A DNA stretch of 64,000 nt from Xanthobacteraceae bacterium (GTDB taxonomy: Bacteria; Pseudomonadota; Alphaproteobacteria; Rhizobiales; Xanthobacteraceae). Of the stretch, positions 45,508 through 54,387 are shown piece after piece. The DNA lies in contig DATBHB010000016.1 in assembly GCA_036557705.1 (NCBI GenBank), positions 13,325 through 77,324 of the forward strand. The letters run 5' to 3'. Position numbers and translations under genes: made by a program. The notes under the pieces were generated by a model, which saw only the letters and a program-made list of their open reading frames with translations, searched no databases and had not been told where the DNA came from. Position 1 is the stretch's first letter. Each line of letters starts with the position of its first letter.

Positions 45508-45602
45508 CGGGTCGTCCAGCTTAATTTGGAGCGCGGCGACAAAGACGGCTCACGCCTGCCTGCCGAGCGAGCATGCGCCGAACATTCCTGAGGTTGAAGC
45601 AA

Positions 45603-46406
45603 TCAGGCGAGGATACGGCGTTCGCGCCGCTTGGCGCTGCGTTCGAAGAACAATGCCTGGCTCGCGATTGCCGAGACCGTCGAAGGCTGGAATGGTTTTG
45701 CAATCAAAAAGGCGGGCTCCGGCCGTTCGCCGGTGAGAAACCGCTCGGGATAGGCAGTAATGAATATCACCGGAACCTCGTGACTGCCCAGCAATTCGTT
45801 CACGGCGTCGAGCCCGGAGCTATTATCGGCAAGCTGAATGTCCGCCAGGATAAGTCCGGGCGCCTTCTTCTTCGTCAACGAGATGGCTTCTGAATGCGTG
45901 CGCGCGATTCCGAGCACGCGATGACCGAGGCTTTCCACCAGGCTTTCTAGCTCCATGGCGATAAAAGAATCGTCCTCGATGATCAGAACGTCGGTTGCAA
46001 TCTCGGCTGCGAGTTCGCGGCCAGACTCCTCGATCAAACCGCGCAACGTTGCTACGTCTATATCAAGTATTCTGGCTGCATCTCCTTCCGAGAATCCCTC
46101 CAGCGCCACCAGCAGGAAGGCTTGCCGCGGCAACGGAGTGATGTTGGCGAGCTTCTGTTCTCCGGGAAGCTTGCTCTCGTTAGTGCTGCCGGGGCCGTTC
46201 AACGAGATCGAATTCCAGATCCGGGTGAACAGTCGATAAAGCGCAACGCGGGAGCCGCTGTCTTCCTTGATGACCGATGGATCTGCAATAAGCGCCTCGA
46301 GAGTGGCTGCCACATAGGCATCCCCCGAGGCTTGGCTTCCCGTCAGCGCACGCGCATATCGACGCAAGAAGGGCAAGTATTGAGCGACTGTTCTGGAATC
46401 CGCCAC
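45603..46406 (-). CDS. phyR: PhyR anti-anti-sigma response regulator (sigma-like N-domain + receiver)
   Basis: YLPFLRRYARALTGSQ (sigma-like) and a receiver VLIIEDDSFIAMEL...LILADIQLAD. GTG 46406 lies 8 nt after GGAGG; the ORF-track TTG 46412 is too close to the SD. Confidence 0.92.
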   Translation of the reverse strand: MADSRTVAQYLPFLRRYARALTGSQASGDAYVAATLEALIADPSVIKEDSGSRVALYRLFTRIWNSISLNGPGSTNESKLPGEQKLANITPLPRQAFLLVALEGFSEGDAARILDIDVATLRGLIEESGRELAAEIATDVLIIEDDSFIAMELESLVESLGHRVLGIARTHSEAISLTKKKAPGLILADIQLADNSSGLDAVNELLGSHEVPVIFITAYPERFLTGERPEPAFLIAKPFQPSTVSAIASQALFFERSAKRRERRILA

Positions 46407-46446
46407 CGGCAAAACCTCCGTGTCCCCCCATCAGATTAACTCGGCC

Positions 46447-46471
46447 AACGCCCCTCTGCAAAAAAAGTTCC
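46447..46471 (-). promoter_or_regulatory. EcfG-type promoter of phyR: GGAAC-N16-CGTT (perfect consensus)
   Basis: Minus-strand GGAAC = 46471..46467 and CGTT = 46450..46447, exactly 16 nt apart; about 40 nt upstream of the phyR start. Confidence 0.75.
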
Positions 46472-46481
46472 AAACCGGGCC

Positions 46482-46506
46482 GGAACGAAATATGGCGCTT
46501 TGAGTT
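46482..46506 (+). promoter_or_regulatory. EcfG-type promoter of nepR-ecfG: GGAAC-N16-AGTT
   Basis: GGAAC 46482-46486 and AGTT 46503-46506. Divergent from the phyR promoter, with 10 bp between the two -35 boxes. Confidence 0.6.
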
Positions 46507-46568
46507 GCGCTTCAATGAGCACAAGAGGGGCTCCGCTAGGCGTCACCGGCTGCCGGCGGGGAATGACT

Positions 46569-46946
46569 ATGAGTGAACAGAAGCCCGCCAGACCAGGACC
46601 GATGCCGCAGAATGTGCCTGGACCCACCGCGCTGGGGGACAAGGACCCAGCCGCCAAGGGGGTGGATAACAGGCCGATGCGGCCGGTCCGACACGAGCCG
46701 CCAGGGATAAGGCCGACCATGCGACCCGCTCTTCAGACACGCAGCGACCCCCTGAATCGCAGGGGACGGGGCCGGCTCAGCCGAGAAACATTGAACAAGC
46801 TGGGTAAGGTACTTGAGGCCTATTTCGACGACGTGCGCGGGCAAGGAGTGCCGGACCGCTTCAAGGAGCTTCTGCAGGAGTACGACCATCGCAGCGAAGA
46901 CCATCGCCGGGAAAATGCTCGGGAAGATTTTGAAGGATCGAGCTGA
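46569..46946 (+). CDS. nepR: NepR anti-sigma factor
   Basis: Conserved NepR core LSRETLNKLGKVLEAYFDDV...VPDRFKELL. Start is ATG 46569 or 46563, which must lie downstream of the promoter. The TGA overlaps the ecfG ATG. Confidence 0.8.
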   Translation: MSEQKPARPGPMPQNVPGPTALGDKDPAAKGVDNRPMRPVRHEPPGIRPTMRPALQTRSDPLNRRGRGRLSRETLNKLGKVLEAYFDDVRGQGVPDRFKELLQEYDHRSEDHRRENAREDFEGSS

Positions 46947-47497
46947 TGACCTTGGCCCCCTCCGTGCGTGAGGCGATGCTGGCTGCTGTTCCGAGCTTGC
47001 GAGCGTTCGCGATCTCGCTCAGCGGCAACGTCGATCGCGCCGACGATCTGGTCCAGGAGACACTTTTGCGGGCAATGGCAAATATCGATTCGTTCCAGCC
47101 GGGAACGAACATGTCCGCTTGGCTGTTCACTATCCTTCGCAACCTGTTCCGCTCCGAGTATCGCAAACGACGGCGCGAAGTCGAGGACACCGACGGGAGC
47201 TATGCTGAGACGCTCAAGTCGCATCCGGAGCAGCACAGCCGAGTGGAATTCGAGGAATTTCGCGTCGCGCTCGCCAAGTTGCCCCCGGATCAGCGCGAGG
47301 CTCTACTGCTGGTCGGTGCTTCAGGGTTCTCCTACGAGGAGGCAGCGGCCATTTGCGAATGCGCCGTCGGCACCATCAAGAGCCGAGTCAACCGCGCACG
47401 AACCCGGCTCGCTGAACTCCTGGCTATCGACAGCGCCGACGATTTCGGGCCCGACCAATCGACTCGCGCCATCATGACGGCGAGCGGCCCCAGATAA
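46946..47497 (+). CDS. ecfG: ECF sigma factor of the EcfG (general stress response) group
   Basis: 183 aa. Region 2 (DDLVQETLLRA...FQPGTNMSAWLFTILRN) and region 4 (GFSYEEAAAICECAVGTIKSRVNRAR). Genomic context is phyR-nepR. Confidence 0.9.
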   Translation: MTLAPSVREAMLAAVPSLRAFAISLSGNVDRADDLVQETLLRAMANIDSFQPGTNMSAWLFTILRNLFRSEYRKRRREVEDTDGSYAETLKSHPEQHSRVEFEEFRVALAKLPPDQREALLLVGASGFSYEEAAAICECAVGTIKSRVNRARTRLAELLAIDSADDFGPDQSTRAIMTASGPR

Positions 47498-47567
47498 TCA
47501 GAAATCAGTTATCAGCGATCAGGCATCAGCAGCTGACTTCTGATCCCCGATTTCTGATCTCTGATCA
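47497..47567. repeat. Mirrored heptad array: 5 x (NNATCAG) then 5 x (CTGAYNN) filling the whole convergent spacer
   Basis: ATCAG at 47497, 47504, 47511, 47518 and 47525. CTGAC 47533, CTGAT 47540, CCGAT 47547, CTGAT 47554, CTGAT 47561. Spacing is exactly 7 nt on both arms. Confidence 0.9.
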
Positions 47568-48638
47568 GGGGTGCACATCCTCAGTGAACCACTCGGTCGG
47601 AAGCTGGTGGCCAAGGCCGGTCTCTCTGGCCTTCCGGTATACCACTGAACCGGCAGCGGCGAATTGGTAGCCCAATCCGATATTGTTCATAAAGCAGGTA
47701 ATCTCGCCGTCGCTTTGTCGCCCGGCTGCGCTCCCGACGATCAGTTCCGGCAGGGTTGCCAGCTTATCGAAATTTATTTCTCTGCTTGTTGTCCAGGCGT
47801 GCTCGCGGGCTTTCCTGGCCAGCGCAAGATCGCGCGTGGTGACATGGATGGGGCCTGCTTCCCGGGCATGCAGGACGATCCGATCGGCGCGCTTGAGCGC
47901 CTTGACCTCGATCTCAGGCTGCTTGATCGAGCTCAAATGAACGCCGGGCTCGAGCCAGGATTCGAAGAAGATGGCATCGAGACTGTTGCTCGCGCACATC
48001 GCGATATCGGCGCCGCTGATAGCTTCTTCCGGCTGACCGACCGGCTGCACTTCGATGCCGAGCGTCGCGCTCATCTGCCTGCAGAAAGCTTCGCGATTAG
48101 CCCCGGTCGGGCTGAAACAGCGAATCGATTTGATATCGCGCACGGCGCAAGCCGCCATCAGTTGGGCCCCGGCCTGCCAGCCGGAGCCGAGTATGCCGAT
48201 GGTGCTTGCATCCTTGCGCGCCAGATACTTGACGCCCAGGCCATTGGCTGCCCCGACGCGCATGCGCTGCATGACACCGTCCGGAAAAATTGCAAGCGGC
48301 TCCCCATTCTCGGAAGAGAACAGCAGCACAAGACCGGTGTAACGGCTGTTGGGTGCGGCCGGCACCTTCTCGCGCACGATGTTGTTTCCTTTTTTTGGGA
48401 AAGTCACGATGTCGGAATTGATCCGTATGGCGCCGATGCCGAGCTTCGGAATCACCCCGTCCATGGATTTCAGCCCATAGATCGCATTGGGGTTGTTCGT
48501 CGGAGTTATGCAATCAGAGCGTGTTCGGCTTACCCCGCGCCCCTCGGCCAACTCGACATAAGCCTCCTCCAGAACGGAGATGCATTCGGACATCGTCAGG
48601 AGCTTTTCGATATCGCTGTTGGAAAGGATTAAAGTCAT
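47565..48638 (-). CDS. Ornithine cyclodeaminase / mu-crystallin family protein
   Basis: ATG 48638 (ORF-track GTG 48662). Rossmann segment IGILGSGWQAGAQL and overall family resemblance. Confidence 0.8.
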   Translation of the reverse strand: MTLILSNSDIEKLLTMSECISVLEEAYVELAEGRGVSRTRSDCITPTNNPNAIYGLKSMDGVIPKLGIGAIRINSDIVTFPKKGNNIVREKVPAAPNSRYTGLVLLFSSENGEPLAIFPDGVMQRMRVGAANGLGVKYLARKDASTIGILGSGWQAGAQLMAACAVRDIKSIRCFSPTGANREAFCRQMSATLGIEVQPVGQPEEAISGADIAMCASNSLDAIFFESWLEPGVHLSSIKQPEIEVKALKRADRIVLHAREAGPIHVTTRDLALARKAREHAWTTSREINFDKLATLPELIVGSAAGRQSDGEITCFMNNIGLGYQFAAAGSVVYRKARETGLGHQLPTEWFTEDVHP

Positions 48639-48964
48639 GCCAATCCCGCCTGTGGCCGCCACTTAGGGCACAATAGCAAAGCGTGTTGCGCCGTCCTCTT
48701 GCAATGTCTCGATTCGACGGATTACGCTTCGCTGATCCGCCTACGCGGCCATGAGGTCTGGCAGAGGCGACCGAAGGAAGCAAGCCACGACGGAGGGAGA
48801 TCACGGCGTCAATCAAGGCGGCATTAACTATCAATCGTAGCGCGTTAATGATATCGTTCGCTTCGTCGCGATGCTACCTAATGATACCTCTACCTTTGCG
48901 CCCAGCGGGCTAGTGTGAACTTTTCCGACGGCTAGGCGTTGCATGCACGCTGCATCGGGGAATT

Positions 48965-50563
48965 TTGATCTGCACGGTCCAACTTCACTCACGCGGAATG
49001 CTCGCCCGCTATGCTATGATAGTGTCGAGAGACTCGGTGTCGTCCGCAAAACGAACAGGTTTGTCCATGGTGGGGCGTTTGGTAGGCAAGGTCGGGGTGG
49101 CCTCTGATGGGGCCAGCCGGAAATCCACGTTGGTTCGTAACGCGCTGGCGGCCGGGGTCGCTCTAGCCGTGTTCGGGCATTTCGGCGCTGCGCATGCAGC
49201 GCCCTTCTTCGGCGGCGCCTTTGATCCCGGGCCGCGTTTCGGGGGCACGGATTCAGGGCCGCATTACGCGCCCTCCCCCGATACGTACCGGGTGAGGCCG
49301 CACTATGCTCCATCGAGGCGGGTGGGCACGAAGTCCGCCAAGAGCCGGGAGAGCGAGAAGAAGACGCCGGCCGCTGAAGTGCCGAAGGGAACGCTGCAAA
49401 TCGTGGTTTCGATCGGGCAGCAACGCGTTGCACTTTACAGTAACGGCACTCGCGTCGCTCAATCGGTGGTGTCGACTGGGATGCCCGGTCACCCGACGCC
49501 TATGGGCGTCTTCAGTGTCATCCAGAAGGATCGCTATCACCACTCCAATTTGTACAGCAATGCTCCGATGCCCTACATGGAGAGAATCACCTGGTCGGGC
49601 GTCGCGCTGCACGAAGGACCATTGCCCGGCCATCCGGCTTCGCACGGCTGCATCCGGTTGACCCACGAATTTGCTGCCCGGCTTTGGACGACCGCAAAAC
49701 TCGGCGCCCGCGTGTTTGTGCTGCGCAACGATATGGCGCCCGAGGATTTCAGCCATCCCAAGCTATTCCAACCGATCGAAAAACGTCCGGAAGTCGCAAC
49801 TGCAAAGCCAAACGATGACGCCCGGCCGATGCCGGTCACCGTCGCCCAAAGCGAGACCCGACAAGCCGGTTCTGGGGCCGACCTTCCCGGCCAGCCCTCT
49901 ACGGCGTCCGGCCCGGCCCCCAATGCGGTCGAGCCGCCGGTGGCGGATACGGGTGACAGCGGCACGGCGACTTCGGTGTCGTCGCCGGAAGCCTCCTCCG
50001 CACCGCCCGTTCCGGCTGCTGTCATCCCAGTCAAAACCGACGATGCGCCGAAGCCCGCTCCAGCCGTGTTCGAGCCGCTAAAGCCATCTTTGCCCGCAAG
50101 CCGAACCGCAGAACCCGCCAAACATTCAGGCCAGGTGGCGGTCTTCGTCAGTCGCAAAGAGAAAAAGGTGTTCGTGCGGCAAGGCTTCGAGCCGCTCTTC
50201 GACATGCCGGTCGAGATCGCCAACCCCGACGCGCCTCTTGGCACCCACGTCTTCACTGCCCTGGAACTGATCGATGGCGGATCGCGGATGCGCTGGAACG
50301 TGCTCTCCGTTCCGGGCGCGGAGCCGCGTACGAAGGCCGTCCGTGAGGCCAGGAAAGGCAGCAGAAGATCGGTGGAAGGGCCGGTCGTCGATTCGAGACC
50401 TGCGTCAAGCGCGGCAGACGCGCTCGATCGCATAAGCCTCCCTCAGGAGGCCATCGATCGGATCGACGAACTCCTGGTTCCCGGCTCCTCGCTCGTGATT
50501 TCCGATTACGGCCTCGGGGGCGAGACCGGGCGCTCCACCGACTTCATCGTTGTGACGCGCTGA
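48965..50563 (+). CDS. L,D-transpeptidase (YkuD domain) with Pro/Ala-rich linker and C-terminal domain
   Basis: Catalytic region GVALHEGPLPGHPASHGCIRL and TM/signal ALAAGVALAVFGHFGAAHA. Start uncertain (TTG 48965, ATG 48998, 49016 or 49067). Confidence 0.85.
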   Translation: MICTVQLHSRGMLARYAMIVSRDSVSSAKRTGLSMVGRLVGKVGVASDGASRKSTLVRNALAAGVALAVFGHFGAAHAAPFFGGAFDPGPRFGGTDSGPHYAPSPDTYRVRPHYAPSRRVGTKSAKSRESEKKTPAAEVPKGTLQIVVSIGQQRVALYSNGTRVAQSVVSTGMPGHPTPMGVFSVIQKDRYHHSNLYSNAPMPYMERITWSGVALHEGPLPGHPASHGCIRLTHEFAARLWTTAKLGARVFVLRNDMAPEDFSHPKLFQPIEKRPEVATAKPNDDARPMPVTVAQSETRQAGSGADLPGQPSTASGPAPNAVEPPVADTGDSGTATSVSSPEASSAPPVPAAVIPVKTDDAPKPAPAVFEPLKPSLPASRTAEPAKHSGQVAVFVSRKEKKVFVRQGFEPLFDMPVEIANPDAPLGTHVFTALELIDGGSRMRWNVLSVPGAEPRTKAVREARKGSRRSVEGPVVDSRPASSAADALDRISLPQEAIDRIDELLVPGSSLVISDYGLGGETGRSTDFIVVTR

Positions 50564-50799
50564 CCTTTAGCCTGCTTCGGGGCGGGCCGCAGAGGGAGCC
50601 GGACGGCGGTGTCTTCCTGACTCGCCGCTGGCTCCGCAGTTTATTGGAAAGCGCCGTCGCCCACAGCGACACTCGGGCGCAGTATCGGCGGCGCCCTCGC
50701 GGCGCCGCAGAACTTTTGCTAGTGATCGCAGTCCTGCCGGCTCTAGTCCGGCGTGCATCGCCGAGCCCCGTTCTACCCAGTTGCGCGACGGATCGACGG

Positions 50800-51849
50800 A
50801 TGGAGTCCGAATCAGCCGATCGGTGGCGAGCAACCCTGGCCGCGGCGCGCACGATCACGCAATTCTGTGACGAAAAGATCGGCTGGAACCGGCTCGGCGT
50901 CCTCATCAGCATCACGATCATCGCGATTGCAGTTGCGGCGCTGTACGGCATTCTCCAGGACATCGACCCCGAAGAGGTCCTCGAAGCGCTGCGCAGCAGC
51001 GATCCCCGAAACATCGCGATCGCCGCGCTGTTCGTTGCTGCGGCCTATTTCACACTGACCTTCTATGATTTGTTTGCGCTGCACACGATCGGGCGCAGCG
51101 ATCTGCCCTACCGGGTGGCTGCGCTTGCCGGATTCACCAGCTATTCGGTGGGCCACAACGTTGGAGCGAGCGTCTTCACCGGCGGAGCCGTGCGCTACCG
51201 CATCTATTCGGTATGGAGTCTCGACGCCATCGAAGTCGCCAAGCTCTGTTTCATTGCGGGTCTGACCTTCTGGCTTGGAAACGCGACCGTGCTCGGACTG
51301 GGTATCGCCTACGACCCGCACGCCGCTTCCGCCATCGACCAGCTGCCGCCGTGGTTCAATCGGCTTGCTGCGATCGCGGTCCTCGCGATCCTGACGAGCT
51401 ATATCGCCTGGGTATGGCGGCGTGCGCGCATCATCGGTCGCAGCGGCTGGAAGGTCAGGCTTCCTGGCGGTCCGTTGACGTTACTGCAGATCGCGATCGG
51501 CATCGTCGATCTCAGTTTCTGCGCGCTGGCAATGTACATGCTGGTGCCCGACGAGCCGAATATCGGTTTTGTTACGCTCGCGGTAATTTTCGTTGCGGCG
51601 ACGCTGCTCGGCTTTGCCAGTCACGCGCCAGGCGGAATTGGGGTGTTCGACGCCGCGATGCTGGTCGCGCTATGGCAATTCGATAAGGAGGATCTGCTCG
51701 CCGGGCTGCTCCTGTTCCGGCTGCTTTACTACATCGTTCCATTCATACTTTCACTGCTGATACTGGGGCTGCGCGAGCTTATGCTGGCAGTGCGCCCGCC
51801 GCCGACGCTCTCGCATGCGCGGCCGGACGGCGAGACTGCAGCCGAATGA
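50800..51849 (+). CDS. UPF0104 / lysylphosphatidylglycerol-synthase-TM-region family membrane protein
   Basis: Refined ATG 50800. About 8 TM helices, with N-terminal ...KIGWNRLGVLISITIIAIAVAALYGIL typical of the family. Confidence 0.7.
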   Translation: MESESADRWRATLAAARTITQFCDEKIGWNRLGVLISITIIAIAVAALYGILQDIDPEEVLEALRSSDPRNIAIAALFVAAAYFTLTFYDLFALHTIGRSDLPYRVAALAGFTSYSVGHNVGASVFTGGAVRYRIYSVWSLDAIEVAKLCFIAGLTFWLGNATVLGLGIAYDPHAASAIDQLPPWFNRLAAIAVLAILTSYIAWVWRRARIIGRSGWKVRLPGGPLTLLQIAIGIVDLSFCALAMYMLVPDEPNIGFVTLAVIFVAATLLGFASHAPGGIGVFDAAMLVALWQFDKEDLLAGLLLFRLLYYIVPFILSLLILGLRELMLAVRPPPTLSHARPDGETAAE

Positions 51850-51872
51850 GGGCCCGGCGTCGCGCAGTAAGA

Positions 51873-52076
51873 CTAATGCGACGCACTGGCTGCGCCTGAG
51901 GGACGTGCTTCGGCCAACTCCCCCTCCATCTCGGCTTCGCTTGCGGATGCCATTCGCTCGAAGGCCTTGGCTGCCCCTTCAGCGGGTCGCGCGAGCCTCG
52001 ATTTGAGAGCCGCATATCCCTTCGCCAGGACGCGATACCGCCGGGCGCGATTTTGGTATTTCGGTGGCTGTTTCAT
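51873..52076 (-). CDS. Small hypothetical protein (67 aa)
   Basis: ATG 52076, SD-like GAGG 7 nt upstream, near-EcfG promoter upstream. No recognisable motif. Confidence 0.35.
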   Translation of the reverse strand: MKQPPKYQNRARRYRVLAKGYAALKSRLARPAEGAAKAFERMASASEAEMEGELAEARPSGAASASH

Positions 52077-52307
52077 CCTCCAACCTCGTGAATGGGGAAA
52101 CGCCGATCCGGCCCGACGGTTTCCGGGTCAACCTGCAATTCGTCAGCGCGATTGAGCTGCCGCATTTGAGCACATCGGATTTGCACTGAATACTCGCCTC
52201 TCGGGCCTGTGGATAAACCCAACGGCCTGACATTGGTGACGGACGCTCTGGAATCGCGCGCTCTGATCGGCCAGAACACCCCAACGTTTGTTGTCGTCCG
52301 ATCTCGC

Positions 52308-52658
52308 TTAAGTTGCCGTTCGGCGCGCCAGCACGGCACGCGCCTGATCCTCCGACCGCACGATCGGCAATATTTCCTGCAATCCGGAAGTAAACAGGAC
52401 TTCGGTAACCATCGGATTGGGATCAAGCAGCACGAGCATTCCGGCGCCGCGCGCGACTGCTTTTGCCGCCATCACCAGATGCCGAATTCCTATGGAAGCA
52501 ATGAAATCAACCCCGGCCATATCGACGACCATGTTGCGCTGCGACTCGGCCACTTTAGCCAAAGGATTATCGATCTTTTCTGCACCCGAGATATCCAACT
52601 TGCCGACCAGAATGACCTTCGTGCCTAAATCGCCAAACTCGCTGACGGTCATTTCCAT
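52308..52658 (-). CDS. STAS-domain protein (anti-sigma-factor antagonist-like)
   Basis: SD GAGGA + ATG 52658, 116 aa. ...VILVGKLDISGAEKID...VVDMAGVDFIASIGIRHLV.... Confidence 0.75.
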   Translation of the reverse strand: MEMTVSEFGDLGTKVILVGKLDISGAEKIDNPLAKVAESQRNMVVDMAGVDFIASIGIRHLVMAAKAVARGAGMLVLLDPNPMVTEVLFTSGLQEILPIVRSEDQARAVLARRTAT

Positions 52659-52856
52659 CGCTTGAGTCCTCGGATGCCAGCAGGTGAAAGATAGTAGCAG
52701 ATGGGTGACAGTTTTATGACTGGCAGACCGACCCTTGCCATGCACTCGAAAACTCCTTGTGGGTGCTCACTTTTCCGATTATGGCCGCTGCCATGTTGAG
52801 GCTGTCGCAGGATTTTCTCGCCTCCGTGCGCCAGAGATAGCTTCGGATAGCGCCGA

Positions 52857-54167
52857 ATGAATGTGACCCAGGAAGCCGCGCGTCGCCGGACCGGCCAATG
52901 GTGGGGGCGGCTCCGGTACAATCGCGTTCGGTTCGCGCTAATCAGTGCGGCCCTGGTGCTCGCCGGGTTCTGGGTTGCCGACCTCATTCCTTTGCTGCCG
53001 GCACTGGCGTGCTATGCGCTGGTTGTAACAGCAGCAGTGATCGGAAGGGGCACTGTCGAAGCAGCGCGAGTTGATGGATCGCAGGATGAAGCGCCGGCAT
53101 CACGGCTTGGCAATCCGCGGATCGAAGCTGTCCTCTCCGGGCTCCCCGACCCGGTGGTCGCGCTGGATGAGCGCGGCGAGGTTGTTGCCGTCAATGCGCC
53201 GATGATTGCGATGGCCCCGGCGCTTCGACGCGGGGAAGCAGTCTCGCTCGGTTTGCGCAATCCGGAGGTGATCGAGGCGATTCGGCGCGCATCGGCGGCC
53301 GGTACCCTGGAGCGGGTGGAGTTCTTCGTTCGAGTCCCCGTCGAGCGTTGGTATGAGGCCACTGTGATGCCCGTCCAAATTGCCGCGAGCGAAGGCGCGA
53401 AACCGGAAAGGCTATTGCTTGCGACATTTCACGATCTTACGCCGCTGCGCCGGGTCGAAGAAATGCGCGCTGACTTCGTGGCCAATGCCAGCCATGAGCT
53501 GCGCACTCCGCTCGCGGCGCTCTCCGGGTTCATCGAGACTTTACGCGGCCCTGCCCGCGACGATCCGAGCGCGCGCGATCGCTTTCTCGCAATCATGCAG
53601 GCGCAGGCGACCCGGATGGCGCGATTGATCGATGACCTGCTCTCGCTATCTCGCATCGAACTCAACGCGCATTTGCGTCCCGATAAGGCAGTCGATCTTG
53701 TGCCGATCATACGTCAGGTCGTCGACGGGTTGCAGATGCTGGCGAGTGATCGCGGCGTGGACGTACAAACAAACGTGCCGCCGGGTCGGCTGCTCGTCCT
53801 TGGCGACCGCGACGAGTTGCTCCGTGCGATTGAGAACCTGGTTGAGAATGCGCTGAAATATGCTGCATCCGGCAAGCGCGTCGAGATTTGGCTGACGGTC
53901 GCCGAAGGCGTTGATGCGACGGCCGAAGCGCGCATTGCCGTCAAGGATTACGGCCCCGGAATTCCTCCCGAACATCTGCCGCGACTCACGGAGCGGTTTT
54001 ATCGCGTCGACGTTGCCGAGAGCCGGGCGCAGGGCGGCACCGGGCTCGGGCTCGCGCTGGTCAAGCACATTCTCAACCGCCACGGTGGACGGCTCTCTAT
54101 CGAAAGTGCGGTGGGGCAGGGCGCGACGTTCACGGCCCATCTGCCGCTTCGGCGAGCCATCCTGTAG
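52857..54167 (+). CDS. phoR: Phosphate regulon sensor histidine kinase
   Basis: 436 aa. PAS, H-box FVANASHELRTPL, N/G boxes (NALKYA, GTGLGLALV). Adjacent to pst-phoU-phoB. Confidence 0.92.
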   Translation: MNVTQEAARRRTGQWWGRLRYNRVRFALISAALVLAGFWVADLIPLLPALACYALVVTAAVIGRGTVEAARVDGSQDEAPASRLGNPRIEAVLSGLPDPVVALDERGEVVAVNAPMIAMAPALRRGEAVSLGLRNPEVIEAIRRASAAGTLERVEFFVRVPVERWYEATVMPVQIAASEGAKPERLLLATFHDLTPLRRVEEMRADFVANASHELRTPLAALSGFIETLRGPARDDPSARDRFLAIMQAQATRMARLIDDLLSLSRIELNAHLRPDKAVDLVPIIRQVVDGLQMLASDRGVDVQTNVPPGRLLVLGDRDELLRAIENLVENALKYAASGKRVEIWLTVAEGVDATAEARIAVKDYGPGIPPEHLPRLTERFYRVDVAESRAQGGTGLGLALVKHILNRHGGRLSIESAVGQGATFTAHLPLRRAIL

Positions 54168-54173
54168 CCGTTT

Positions 54174-54202
54174 CTGTCATATGCCCGTCATTTGACTGTC
54201 AT
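54174..54202 (+). promoter_or_regulatory. Pho box: three direct 7-bp repeats at 11-bp spacing
   Basis: CTGTCAT (54174-80) atgc CCGTCAT (54185-91) ttga CTGTCAT (54196-202). Inverted TGACAT at 54211-16. Upstream of pstS. Confidence 0.8.
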
Positions 54203-54387
54203 AACAACGATGACATGGGCGGGTTAGGGGTTGGCAGGCTTTGATGGGTTCCGCGGGGAGGCGCGGTTCCCGCTCAAAGCGTGTTGCGACAGTGTCGTCA
54301 ACTCACCGCGAACCCGGAGATTGCAGCCGCAGATACGATTCGGCGTTTGCGATTCCACTTGGCATTTTTGAACGACAGGAGAGAGCG

